Positions 12,601-26,060 of a DNA stretch of 64,000 nucleotides are shown in pieces. Numbering within the stretch: position 1 is the stretch's first letter; each line of letters begins with the position of its first letter. The position numbers were made by a program, and so were the translations under genes. The stretch is taken from NCBI RefSeq assembly GCF_009914755.1, contig NC_060937.1; one strand, given 5' to 3'. The notes beneath the pieces are model-generated. The model worked only from the letters and a program-made list of their open reading frames with translations, ran no database searches and was not told the DNA's origin. The DNA comes from the human T2T-CHM13v2.0 reference genome, Homo sapiens.

Positions 12601-12889
12601 AAATCAGCTTACGTGGTAAAAAAAAAAAAAAGACTACCTATATGGGGGTCTTAAAATAAAAACAGCGCACACTGATCAGAAAAAAAGCAATCAAAAATCA
12701 ATAAATGCACATTTCAAAGTTATCACCAGGAAGCCTTATTTCTAAAGTCTTATATTTGAGTATATATTGTTTATTTATTCTCCCCTTCAGGAAATATTTC
12801 TACTTATTTCAGAGACTCTTCATCCATTATTTAGTGATACGCATTAAAATTCTTCTTGTTGCTAAATCAGTATCTACTTTTCAAAATAA

Positions 12890-13076
12890 CTGATATATTC
12901 GGGACACTATTTGGAAAATTTGAGGATGAACTGAATATTAAATAAAATTAGGGTATTATTGTTAACTTTGTAATCTATGTTTATTATGAGAATTAAAGAG
13001 TAGACAAACTGGCTTACTTGTAGATGAGGGGGCCTGATAATTTTAGTTTATTTTCACATAGTTATATTTACACACA

Positions 13077-13115
<39 letters not shown>

Positions 13116-13230
13116 TGCAAATATGGCACAAATGTTAACAACTATTAGATTTAGCGGTGAGCACCCAAATACTCAATATATTATTATTCAAACTCTTCTG
13201 CATGTTTGAATTTTTTCTTAGAGAATAAAA
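12890..13230 (+). mobile_element. L1ME/L1MC 3' end fragment
   Basis: gcaaatatggcacaaatgttaacaact...attattattcaaactcttctgcatgtttgaatttttt...aataaaa. Confidence 0.65.
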
Positions 13231-14987
13231 CTAAGGAGAAAAAAACACAGAAGTGCTTTCTTAAATTATAAGCAAAATGATTCATAATGCTATCCTAGTC
13301 AATCAGAAAAATAATTCTATCTTAGTATACTGTTTAAGTTGATCTTATTCTTGTAAAATGTCAATTTTGTTTGTGTCTTATAGTATACATAGTATATTAA
13401 CATAGTACTTCTAGATAAGTAGTACTTATATGACTATATATGATCCCAATTACTAGAAATGGTTTGATTTTGTTTTATAGATTTATAATTTATTATTTCT
13501 TTTGGTTTGAAATAATTTATTTTCCAAAGAAACTGGTTTCTGTGATGCTTTTATCTCAGGTTTCCTTAAAACATTTTAGCAATAAATAATTTCAGAAACT
13601 ATTCTAGGTAAAGAAGGGCAAAGTGTGACCTACTCTCACCAATATAAAAGGTTGTGACTTACAGAATGAAAATATAAAGAAAACCTGAGTAATATGTGTT
13701 CAAACTCTTAACAGTGAAACTGTTCCAAAGGCTAGCAGGGCTGTAATTTATCCAGATTTTGTTTTGTATGGGGATTAATTTGACTTTAGTGTGGTTGGGG
13801 AAAATGATGTTAGTTACAAGAAAAATAGTAGATCTAAATTTAAGAGGAAATGGGCCCCTGTAGAATTGCTGAAGATTTTCTTTTCAGGAACTCAAAGAGG
13901 TGACATTTTCCTTGAAGCAATTTCATGAAGTGCATTGGTGATTTAAGGTGTTAATTAATAGACATATTCTGAAGCACGGTTATATATATAAAAAGTGATA
14001 GAGTAATTGACCTTAAGAAATCACTTAATTTTCAAATGCAATGCCATGTTTGGAAAGTGTAGCCATTTCTGGGCTCAGTGCACATGGGGATGAGGTTTTT
14101 CAGCCTCCCAGGATCAATAGTGCATTACGGGGAAATAAAAGAGTGGAAACTCAGGTGCAAGAGGGAAGCCTGTTCCTTCAGGTGGAGAGCCTGAGCAGGT
14201 TTCAATAGCCGCCTAGGAACACTTTCTCAAGCCTCTCCATGGCACTGTCTCATATTGATTGAACTCCAACCACTTCACTTCTCTCTAAACCCTCCACAAT
14301 AATCAGGTATAGGGAAACCACACTATTGGAGGAAGGAGAAAAATAAAATGAAAACTTGAGTTAAACCACCATAATCCATTCTTAATCACTACTTCTAAAA
14401 TTGGGCTGAAAATGCATGAGAACGTGCACTGAAAGCTATCTGCAAGTCAAAAGACACTGTTTTTTTTTTTTTTTCTTTTTAATTTTGTGCTGACACCTGA
14501 ACCCTCTGGAATTGAATGCCTGATACAGTATACAAAAGTAAATTCATTCGGGCGGCAGTCACAGATGCACCTTGCATTTTACCAGTAAACTTTCCTTAAA
14601 ATTAACCATTAAAACCTCTAGTGAAGTTAGATATGGCTATGTTAAGAACAGTTCCCAAGGATTTACAAGGGTTCCTAATTCCACTGCAAGCATCTAAGTA
14701 AAGGAATGCTTGGTGATGTCTTTTAATCATGGACTTTCAGGCACAGAAAAATTCTTCTTTCTCAGAGACGTGGAGACTGAGGCATCCACCACCTTCAGAT
14801 TTTCATTCCACAAATCTGGAAGTATTTCAAGTATAAAAATGGCTTTGTCTAGTTTTATAGTTTTACTTCCCATAAAATAGTTGATGCTCTTTAAAAATGG
14901 AGGAAGAGTGATATAACATAGAAAGTGAAGTACCATCTTTTCCTAAAAATTAGCTCAATTTAACTAAAGTACCTTCCTTCTTTCAAG

Positions 14988-15065
14988 ACAGTTGGCTGGT
15001 GTTCTAACCCCGATTTAGAACTGCTTACTCAACTGAACGACAATGTGCATGTCAGCTTCCTCGAG
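14988..15065 (+). other. Candidate 78-nt internal exon
   Basis: Acceptor ccttccttctttcaag|, consensus donor GAG|GTAAGT, one open frame, three CpGs; no transcript evidence. Confidence 0.35.
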
Positions 15066-17269
15066 GTAAGTGAACTTTGTCTTCCCCTCATTTGAGTAAA
15101 GCAGACGGTGCCTTCCTTGTTTTGAAATAGAATAGCACTGGGCATTCCTTCTTTGCCCATTAGAGTCTTGGAAACAGGCACATAATTCTGATTTAGTTTA
15201 AGGATTTCACAAACAGTGGTGAAATCAGAGTTTATTGTAACTGGGTGTAACTACCCTATTTAAAATGTCAAACTTCTATTTCAGAATTATTATGCACAGT
15301 GGCAACGTATTAATATTGACTTTGTTAGCTCATGGATTGCTCCGCACAGTGACTTATATAAAAAATTGATTCTGCCCCTGCCTGCATGTTTCCACCTTGC
15401 AGCATGTGATCTGTAGCCAATCACATAGAACAATCTTGGTCTCTGAAGCTCAGTCTTTTCATTCTCCTGGAAACACATTTTAAAAACCGGTGCATTTTGC
15501 AAGATGAGGAAGGATCAGATGTCAGCACTTTAAGTAGCCTAAGAAAGTTCACCACGCATAGGGATAAATCTCAGGTTCATTTGATTAAATAAATGACTGC
15601 TTAATGAATAGACACTTGGTTAACAAGTGATTTCATCTTTTGGAATGCGCTTAGGAAGAAAAGGCAATGACTAAAAAGGAAAAGAAAAGTAGATGAAAAA
15701 TTGAGCCATGTGCATTAAAAACAATTACGGTACTCGCAGTTTCATGGCCAGATCCATAGGAGTATTTTCCCTCCAGCTTTCATAATAAAATTAACATGAT
15801 CACTTTGACCTGAGGTACTTTAGAAGAGAACAGTAAGTGTGTAAGTGCTTGAATCCTTAATGGTGTCAATTTTGATCAACTGCAAGCAGGCAGTGGCCAG
15901 TTACAGTGACATTGAGGGAAAGCCCTGTTTAAACACACCAAAGTCACATATTGAGGTCATAGAACCTTAAAGAAAGGTGGTTTTAATAAAGAATTCTTTT
16001 TATACTGGATGCATTTGTTTAGATTTATATTCTGTAGACTCTGATGACAACTCAATAATGATTGCTCCAGACCCCTGTATTAATAAGATTTAATATAGTA
16101 AAGTTTCCAGAAATGTGTTTTTTGAAATATTATGCATCAGGAAATATTCCTCTGAAGCTGAATCTCATCAACAGATTTTATGAGTTTGAATTCAAAGAAT
16201 TATATATAGTTTCCACAGGAAAAATGACCCCAAAGCAAGCAAATTAGTTAACTAGTTCTTTTGCATGACATATACGTATGCTAGAATGCAATCCGTCTTC
16301 TATGAACCTTTTGAAGTTCACTTTTTTAGAGTTAAGAGTAGAACAGAATCCATTCTGTTTGCAGATGTATTGCATTGTAATTGCCAGAGGTCCTGGGCCA
16401 AAATATTAGTTCTTTAAAAACACACTGCAGATTTTAAAATTTTAAATGAGTCTCTTAGATCACTCAAAGAAGTGAAAAATCATGTTGGGAATACAAAGAA
16501 TTCAGTATGTATGCAGTAACTTAATTTAACAATGGGGATAAATGCACCGTATATTAAAATTGTTTTAGGATGTTTTCTTCAGTATGGCTTGACGTTAATA
16601 TAATTATTTTTGAGCAAAAAAGAACATTTGAAGTAGGCATTTTTGAAAAAAAAATCTTACTTGATTTATGTAGTTATTTCTCTTATCCTGAGGTGGTTTA
16701 TTACTGCTATATATTAATCTCAATGTTCTTTTCTAAATTTAAAAGAATTCATCTTATGTTATCAATTTTTAAATTTTTAAAAATGGTTAACAGGACTAAA
16801 AACAAATCCTTTTTACATGATGATTTAAAAATAGAAACTCTTTATAAATTCCTGAAATGATTATATATAAATCTGATATATGGAAACATCAATATACTTC
16901 AAACATATCTGGATTGATGTATGCGTGCAAAAGTTACAGTATTGCAATAGCACTAGCATCTTTTCTCATTTTTCTAAATGGCATTTCTGCATGCAAATTA
17001 ACAAGAACACATTAACTAAAAACAAAAATCAAACTCAAATATTTCATTCCACCTTTTAAAAGATATTTTAATCTTTCTCATCGTAACTAAATTAGGATTT
17101 GCTATGGGTGTAGAGCCCTCTGAGTGACAATACAGCACTGCTTCAGGCAACTCTGAAGTTTGTTCACTTAATATTCATATCTCAAGATTTCTTTCTTTCC
17201 TTTTCTTTTTGGTAGAACTATATATATCATCTTATTTTGCTTATTTTGTTTTTTATTTTTAATTTTAGC

Positions 17270-17572
17270 TTTTTTTTTTTTTTTTTTTTGAGGCGGAGTC
17301 TTGCTGTCTCCCAGGCTGGAGGGCAGTGGCACGATCTCTGCTCACTGCAAGCTCCGACCCCCTAGTTCACGCCATTCTCCTGCCTCAGCCTACGGAGTAG
17401 CTGGGACTACAGGCGCCCGCCACCACGCCCGGCTAAATTTTTTTTTGTATTTTTAGTAGAGACGGGGTTTCACCATGTTCGCCAGGATGGTCTGGATCTC
17501 CTGACCTCGTGATCCGCCTGCCTCGGCCTCCCAAAGTGCTGGGTTTACAGGCGTGAGCCGCCGCGCCTGGCT
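17270..17572 (-). mobile_element. AluY, full length
   Basis: Y diagnostics ctgcaagctccg / ttcacgccattctcc / gccaggatggtc; many CpGs retained; TSD taatt(t/c)agcttt at 17260-17272 and 17573-17585. Confidence 0.95.
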
Positions 17573-17579
17573 TAATTTC

Positions 17580-17655
17580 AGCTTTTATTTTTAGATACAG
17601 GGGGTACATGTGTAGGATTGTTACGTGGGTATATTGGACCTAGACAGTGAGCACA
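17580..17655 (-). mobile_element. Very short L1PA/L1PB 3' end (host of the AluY)
   Basis: ttttagatacagggggtacatgtgtaggattgttacgtgggtatattg. Confidence 0.75.
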
Positions 17656-18521
17656 TTATCATTTTTGGTCAGCCTTCGTTTATAACGATGCTTGAAAGAT
17701 ATATTGGATTGAATGTAATTCTAGATAACATGTCCAAAAATTGTCAAGTTAATCGAAGCATCCATATAATCCCATCTTTAATATTATGCAACTCTAAATA
17801 ATTTGACTACACCCTTTTCCAAATTCCGATCAATTTGACGGAGTCATCAAAATTGACATTGCTAAAAACAAACGAACAATATCTCAGCGAATAATAAACA
17901 AATGAAATTAAATCAATAATAACAGTTGAAAATATGTACAATAAAATACGTACAATAAAATACTTTTGTAGAATTTGAAACCATTTTTTAAATAAATGTT
18001 TGTTTTATTGACTTCAAAAAATAAAATCCTTGAAACTATAGGATTCTTCTGTAACAACAATAAAATTATTTCCAAAAGAACTTACAGTTGTCATCATGAT
18101 ATCATACTAACGGATTGTTGCCATATTAATATTTTCTCCCTTTTAAATTCCTTTGGTTTATCTAAGAACATAGGGAATTGCATGTCATTATAATAGAGAT
18201 GTATTTCAAAAGATATTTTGTTTTGTCAAGGAAAAATGCTGCATAGCAGCACCAATAGTAGCAGTATAACTTCCAACCCAGATTCCTCTAAGGAAATGCT
18301 TCTGAAAAAGCTTGATTCATATTGATGTACTACCATGTTAGAAGCAGAATTTTCCAACAGAAAAAAATGTCTTTTACGGCTTGTAGTTAGTCAAATGGTC
18401 TAACACTTCCTGACCAACTACTTAAGAATCAGAAGTGTGGGAATTCTTTATTATAGATCCCTTTATTGTGGAAATATTGAAGTTAAAACTCTTGCACTTC
18501 TACATCCTCTCAAGCACTGCA

Positions 18522-18576
18522 GTGTGTGTGTGTGTGTGTGTGCGTGTGTGCGCGCGCACGTGCGCGCACGCGCGTA
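18522..18576. repeat. (GT)n/(GC)n alternating purine-pyrimidine tract
   Basis: 55 bp of uninterrupted RY alternation with a CpG-rich right half. Confidence 0.92.
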
Positions 18577-19764
18577 AAATCCCTAGTGGCTTTTTAATGG
18601 CCTTCCCTTTGAGCTTTCTCCCCATCATCTCATCCATCAAATATTCTTGGTAGATCTTCTACCAGAATCACAGTTTTGATCATGTTACTCCTGCTCAAAA
18701 ATCTTTCAACATAGTTGTATGTTCATGCCATTCTAGGCAGTATTTATGGGCTAAATATTTGACTTTGTCATTATATTATTGCATGCATCATTTTGATTTT
18801 ATTCTCTATCCTTTATATACATGTCACCTCCTTTTTAATACATACTACCATGCCATGCACCTCCAACAAAGTTATGAGTTACCTATGGGCAGAGACTGTG
18901 CATACAAATACACTCCACTTTTACAATGCAAGAATCACACACTTGTATACGCACTCCTGCTGAGTAAGTGCTACAATATATGAATTTTTAATTGACTTGT
19001 CTAACATAATCAAGAAGCACTGTATTTACTGTGCTTGTATCTTTATGCTGGAGTTTTAAGTATTTGTTTTTAAACTGTATTAAAACTGATATCGAAAATA
19101 TTATGAAATTGGACTGGTGGAACCCTATGCCTTCTGGAGTCTGATGATTCTAAACTTTGAAAATATGTGCCCTTCATAAAAGGAAAATATTCACCCCATT
19201 ACCATCACTACCCTATTATAGCTTAAATATACATTATGGACCCGTATAGAGTATATGGCCCTGGACAACTTAAGAAATTGAGGGTGTACTATGTAAAGTA
19301 ATTATCATTTGTAAAATATCTCTGAAAAGGAATATTTTGACTTTGTACCTCTTAAATATTTTCATTAGTTTTCTTTTAAAATAATTTAGAGTCACAGAAG
19401 AACTAAACTGATAGTATACAGTTTCCATAAATTTTTCATCCAGCTTTTGCTAATAGTAACATTTTTTTCCTGGAAAATGGCATTTAATTTCCATAATCTT
19501 GGCATCAAAATTGCTCTTTACACTTGTTTTGTTGGTATTTTTTAGTTTTTCAGTTGGCTACGTTAGGAAATACATACTGATTGTCTTCCATTATAAAGAC
19601 AGAGGTTATTTACCTACTGATGGAATAAAACGATAATGCTTCTCAAGAATTGTTTTCAAAATTTTCTATCATGTATCTAACTCTATTCTTTATTTTGTGT
19701 AGCAATGTGGGGCCAGTGGTACATGTTAACCAACCCCATAAAGATGTTGTCCCTAATATCCAGA

Positions 19765-19920
19765 TTGTGAGAAACTCTAAAGGCAAATCTCTTGATTTCT
19801 TCAACAAATAAGAGAGAGAAGTTACAATCTATAGATTAAAAACTTAATAAACATATCAATCAATTGCAATGTATGGACTTTGGTTTTTTATCCTGATTTA
19901 AAGAAACTAAAAAATACATG
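19765..19920 (+). mobile_element. L1ME/L1MC 3'UTR fragment
   Basis: gatttcttcaacaaata...tatagattaaaaac...acatatcaatcaattgcaatgtatggacttt. Confidence 0.6.
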
Positions 19921-19927
19921 ACACACG

Positions 19928-20006
19928 GGACTTCTGCTTCAGGAAAGATAGAGTAGATGTACTTTTTCCTACTCCTCCCACTAAGTACAAACAAAACAAG
20001 TATGTG

Positions 20007-20056
<50 letters not shown>

Positions 20057-21110
20057 GTGGGAAGACTATGAAAGATTGACAGAAGAAGGCAGACCAGCTA
20101 AGGAACTCCAGACTTGATGAACAACATGATAATGAGTTTGCTGGGTTTTCTTATGGCCTCATATATTCTAGACTTAGTGTTGAAAAAGCCAGCAACCTAG
20201 AAATGCCATTGGGTGCACACAAAGATATTTCCAACAAAAGCCTGCTCTCTCTAGCCAAAGGACCAGAAAAATGGGTAACCTAATAAAGCAGAGAACTCTC
20301 AGAACATATTTGATCTATTGCATCCAAACACAACAGAAAATAATTTTACATCTTTATCCTTACCCATACCAGCAAAAGCTAAGTGGGTATACTAGCCTTT
20401 GAAAGTGAAGCAGTATAAGGTATCCCAACATCTCCACCAGAGTGGCATAAGGAAGACCAAAGAGGAAATGGGCAATTTCATTCTTGGGGCTATTTACCAG
20501 GACCTTCACCCAATGGTATCAATGAAATCCAAGTGAGGAACCTATACTCCTATCCCACCTGGCATTGATAATGCACCACCCCTTATCATATTGGGGTAGT
20601 GTCATTGGAGGCCTAGTGGAAAATCAAAACTTTCATCATTGCCCAGTAGTAACGAGGTAACTTCTACTATGATGTCATCCACACATCTCCACTTCCCATC
20701 CTGTGCAGTGATAATAAGGAGAACCACACAATTAAAGTCAATGGGAAAGATGGATTTCTATCTTCACCTGCAAATAACTAGTCCCAAAACGTAATATAAT
20801 ATCCATTTTTTTCCAAGGAAAAATCACTTCTTACATGAAGCATCAGAAAGCTCTGAAACTGAATGAAAAAGACTATAAATGAATGTCAATATCAAGATGA
20901 CAGAGATGTTGAAACCATATGACAAAGTTTTTAAAGCAGCAATGTTAGAAAAGTTGCAATAAGAACTTAAGAACAGACCTGAAAAAAAAATAAATAAATA
21001 AAACTCAAAAACCAAAAAGCCTCAGGGAGAATATAGGAAATTTCGGCAAAGAAATGGAAGGCATAAAAAAGAATCAAATACAACTTTTACAACTTTTGGA
21101 GTCAATGGTA
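19928..21110 (+). mobile_element. L1MDa-like 5' end and start of ORF1; (GT)n at 20010-20053
   Basis: ggacttctgcttcaggaaagatagagtagatgtactttttcctactcctcccactaagtacaa; aaaagcctgctctctctagccaaaggaccag. Confidence 0.8.
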
Positions 21111-21431
21111 CTCCTGAAGGAAGAGAGATTTTGAGAAAACAAAAGAGGTGTGATGACTTGGAAGTATGTCTATATAAAGGTAACAGAGAAAACAATACAA
21201 TAAAAAGCATTATATTTGACACATAAGTATTTAATATGTGATCTAGAGAAATAGAATTTTAAGGAAAAATCCAAGGGGAGATATTTGAAAAATAGTATCT
21301 AAATTAGTCAAAGTGCAACGTGGCTGAAACCAATATGGTCTACCTAATTTTTCCAACATTAACATTACCAACGAATAAGAAATGCTGGCTTACTAATAGG
21401 GTAAGATTTTATGTAATATGCTGCTCAGAGC

Positions 21432-22050
21432 TCTGGTAGTCAGAATTCTAAAGCTGTACTCTGCAACTCCCATCTCCTAGGATTCAATCAAACACAATCT
21501 AGGTACTTCTGTGAAGGGGCTTTGCTGATGTAATTAAGGTTACTAATCAGATGACCTTAAAATAAAGAGTTTATCCTGGATTATCCACATGGTCCCAGTA
21601 TATTTGCATGACAATCTAGCAATATATAGCCTTTAAAAACCAAGAGATTTCTCCAGCTAGATTCAGAGAAATGTGGAAAACAGGAAGTCAGAACATAGAT
21701 GAGGCAGCGGAAGAACTCATAGAGATCTGATGTGTGCTCAAGCTTCAGGAAATTGTTGTGGGCTTGCAGATAGAGTAAGGGGGCCATGCATTGAGGAAAA
21801 TGGGCAGCCTCTAGAAGCTGAGAACAACCCCTGGCCACAACCAACAACCTCAGTCCCACAGTTGCACAAAACTGAAATCTTCCAACAACCTGAATAATCT
21901 TTGAAGCTGATTCTCCTTTGTAGGCTCCAGAAAAAAATGCAGCCTTAATGACACCTGGATATTATATTTCCTTTAGGCTTTTGAAACCAAAGCCACCATG
22001 CGCTTAGTCTTTTGACCTATGGAACTCTGAGAAGTAAATGGGTGTTGTTG
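21432..22050 (+). mobile_element. MLT1E-family MaLR solo LTR
   Basis: tggtagtcagaattctaa...tttgctgatgtaattaaggttactaatcagatgaccttaaaata...gggcagcctctagaagctgaga. Confidence 0.85.
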
Positions 22051-22927
22051 TTTATCTGCAACAAACATAAGCAAGATAGATGTTAAAATCTGCGTGCAAG
22101 GTTGACACATACAATTCATGGTCTCAGTCACTGAATCACACTAATACACTGACACAACGATGATGGTTTCCAGAGGTGTGAATATGGCAGAGTAGACTTC
22201 TTGTAGTAGACTTTCCTTAACAATTCACTGATAGCCATGCAATCCTGAGTAGCAACCTGGAGCAAGATCTATGGGAACCAACTGGGGTCATTAGTTTCAG
22301 TCCTTTTCCTCCAGTGTGCCAAACATTTGATTTATCACTAGCCAAATCATGATCCTGTGTAAAAGGTCTCAACTTTGATAATTGCCATCATAAATTGATA
22401 CGGAATAGTGAGAGCTTTAAACAAAATAAAACAAAACAACATTGTACTATTATCTACATCTTTCTTGTGGTTCTTTAGACCTAAATATATATTGGGCACA
22501 TACTGTTTTCAAGTGCCTTACAAACTATTATTTAATTTGTATAAGCCTTGCCTAACAAGAAAAAATATAAGGTACATTTTTAACAAAAAATTATAAGGTT
22601 TTTGAAACATATTTTCATGTTACTGTAACTAGAAAATCTAATTTTCTAGCATGAAGCATTTTTAAGCTTTGTCTTCCTTGTCTTCTTGTTATCAATAAAG
22701 GTTAGGTAATTAAGTCAAATAGCAATATCAACATCACTTGTGTAAATTTAGACAGAGTCTAAGGTAATATGGTGGTCAGTGTCTATTTCCTTTGTTGTAT
22801 TTATCCTTTCAATTTCAACATGTGCTTTTCTAATTGTGAGGGGAAAACTAAATTTCTATCTTAGAGCTTAGAAATTAATTGAGATTTTAGGAAGTTAAAC
22901 TTGCTGTGATTTTTTGCCTGTTTTGTG

Positions 22928-23028
22928 TATATATATATATAAAATATATATATATATAAAATATATATAAAATATATATAATATATATATAAAATATATA
23001 TATAAAATATATATGCCTAAATATATAT
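22928..23028. repeat. (TA)n-AAAA low-complexity repeat
   Basis: Repeated tatatataaaa units. Confidence 0.9.
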
Positions 23029-24427
23029 CAGTTTACCTACATATTATAAAGAAATATATTTATAAATGAATTATTTCCTTTACATTAAGATTTATGTTAC
23101 AAATTAGACAATGGTGACAAAAATGATGTGATAAATATAAATTAGTTTTTCTTATGCTGAAAGATCTTTATAAATGAATCCATGTTTACTATGATTAACA
23201 CTGAACAACAAAAAAGTCTAATGAAGCAGTAACTCATATAAAGGAATAATTTCAAAAATACGATCATAGAGCATATTTAGATGCTCTTTAATATGACATA
23301 TTGAAGGATATATTTCCTTTATGTTTGGATTTTTTAAGCAGTAAATTTTGCTTTTACTCTGAAGAGTTATCCAAGGACACTCTATGAAAAAAATGCATGA
23401 AACATTTCAAAGTACAATTTTTCAAGTCAACATGATGACTCTCATACGAACATATAGTGAGTCTGTGGCAAAGATCTGTTTAACTTATTGAACAAGGTAT
23501 CAGCAGCATCACAAAACTGGTTGAAAAGACAAATATGAAGGGCTGAAAAAACATCACATGAAAGAAAGAATACTAGAATAAGATAATGAGGTTAGATAGA
23601 AAACTTGTTGATATGCCACAGCAAAACCATACTATTCATTGTTATTTATCTTCCCAGATAGCTTACAGGTGAAAGAAAACATAAAACAAAACTGAAAGTT
23701 AATATTCAACTTTACATGGTATTGGACTTAATCTATAATAAATACTAAGACAAACAAAGATTCATTCTATAGGGGAAATAAATAAACCCAAGGTGTGACT
23801 GTTAGGCATTGCTCTAGTGTGACACTGAAATGACATATTATTTCAATTTCGCATAATTTTTACTTAACATTAGGATACTAATTTTATTATTTTTTGGTTG
23901 CTTTGACCTGGAACCAATTTTATTCTTTTTTGTTTCCTTTAACTAGGAAATGGTACTGCTGAGCTACAAGAAGAACATCGTGTTAAGCTTAGTGTATTCC
24001 AACTGCAGGTTTGTTGATTATGAAGTTCATTTCACATGTCAATAACAATATCTAGTATAAAGAAGTCGACTAGAAATTAATAGAAAAATATCACATGGCT
24101 TCCTACATTGCTAGACTATTGTTGAATGATATTTTGTCTCAGTTTTCTGAATGTGTGTGTCTGTTTATATGTATACCACATTACAACCCCAAATGTATTT
24201 CTTGTATTTCAGTCAAAGGTTTTGAAAACCGATACTCGAGATTTCTCAAGCTGATTTTCTCCCTAACTATTAGTATTTGATCATTTTTTCTCTGACAATA
24301 AAAAAAGGCCTGAGAGGAATTTTAATAAAAAAGAAGAAAGGACATTGAAACTTATGTCGGGGAATCGGGGAACCTTGATCTTCTTATCAAAGTGAAAAGC
24401 AATTTGAGATTTTTAAAAATATATAGG

Positions 24428-25865
24428 CTATAACTTTCCTTCTGAAGTCTATTTCCACTGCATCCCAAAGTTGTGGTAGGTTGTATTTTTGTTTTCTTTC
24501 ATCTCTAAGTATTTGATCATTTCCCTTGTGATTTTTTTTTCTTAACCAAATGATTATTTAAGAAAGTGTTGTTTAATAGTCACATATTTGTGAACTTTAT
24601 AGTTTTCTTTTTGTGTTCCTTTTTAGTTTTATTCCATTGCAGTTGAATAACACACTTTGATTTTAAAATTTTTGTGTTTATCAAAACTTGTTTTGTGGCC
24701 TAACACGTGTTCTACCCTGAAGAACATTTCATGTGCACTTAAGAAGAATGTGCATTCTGCTGTTGGGTAGAGCAGGGGTGTCCAATCTTTTGGCTTCCCT
24801 ATACCACATTGGAAGAAGAATAAGAATTGTCTTGGGCCATACATAAAATACAGTAACACTAATGATAGCTGATGAGCTAAAGAAAAAAAATTGCAAAAAA
24901 TCTCATAATATTGTAAGAAAGTTTACAAGTTTGTGTTGGGTCACATTCAAAGCCATCCAGGGCCTCATGCAGCCTGTGGGCTGTGAGTTGAACAAGCTTG
25001 GGGTAGATAGAGTGTTACATACTCAACACTCTTCACTGCCCTTCCCACATATTTCTATCTGACTATTCACTGCCCTTCCCACATATAAATATACATCATA
25101 TAAATGTGTGGTGTATATATGGTATACATGTGGTGTGTATATGTGTGTGTGTGTAACACACACCATACAAATATGTGGGAAGGGAGGTGAAGAGTCAGGT
25201 TTAGTTGGCTTATAATATTGTTCAAGTCCTCTATTTTCTTAGTGATATTTTTTGTCTATATGTTCTATCCATTATTGAAATTGGGGTATTGATATATCCA
25301 AATATTACTGTAAAATTTTTATCTTTTTTATTCTGTCAATCTTTGCTTAACATACTTTGGGACTCTATTGCTTAGTGTATATATGCTTGCAATTGTTTTA
25401 TCATCTTGAAAAATTGACTAATCAACATATATCTCCTTTTGTCACATGTAATCCTTTTTACTTTAAGTATATCTTCTCTGATATTAGTATAAAGCTCTTT
25501 TTATTGTTAGTATTCAGCTCTTTTTATTGTTACTAAATAGTAACAATTTGCAGGAAATATATTTTTCTACTCTTATACTGTCAACCTATTTGTATCTAAA
25601 ATGACCCTCCTGTAGACAGCATATTGTTAGATCATTTTATTTTTTAATTCATTCTGCCAATCTCTGCCTTTTGATTGGAGGCATTAATCCATTTACATTT
25701 AAAAGTAGTAATAAGAAACAGTTACTTTTGCCATTTTATTTGTTTTATGTATGTCTTGAAGTTTTTTTGCCTTTTATTCTTTCTATTTCAGCCTTCTTTT
25801 GTGTGTAATTGATTTTTGGTAGTGATTGTTTTTTGATTCCTTTGCTATTTCTTTCTGCATATATT
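24428..25865 (-). mobile_element. L1M ORF2 (endonuclease-region) remnant, interrupted
   Basis: T-rich antisense ORF2 text: catgtgcacttaagaagaatgtgcattctgctgttgg; tgtagacagcatattgttagatc; ttaatccatttacatttaa. Confidence 0.85.
24773..25000 (+). mobile_element. MER30 (hAT-Charlie non-autonomous DNA transposon)
   Basis: caggggtgtccaatcttttggcttccct...gttgaacaagcttg; 8-bp TSD gggtagag / gggtagat at 24765-24772 and 25001-25008. Confidence 0.93.
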
Positions 25866-25904
25866 TTTACGTTTTGAAGAATAATAAACGATTGTAGTTT
25901 TTGT

Positions 25905-26060
25905 GACAATTACTAGATTCACAATATTTGACCAGTTACTTAAATTTCCTGAGCTCCAGTTTATCAATTGGAAAACATTTTAATTGTTACGAGGAATGCA
26001 TCAGAAAATATTTAAGTGTCTTTCATAGAGCCTAGGATGAGTAGGAACTCAATTAATGTT
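25905..26060 (+). mobile_element. MIR fragment
   Basis: agttacttaaatttcctgagctccagtt...agagcctaggatgagtaggaactcaattaatgtt. Confidence 0.55.

Noticed and set aside
17936-17963. 14-bp tandem duplication gtacaataaaatac x2
   Set aside because: Ordinary slippage duplication.
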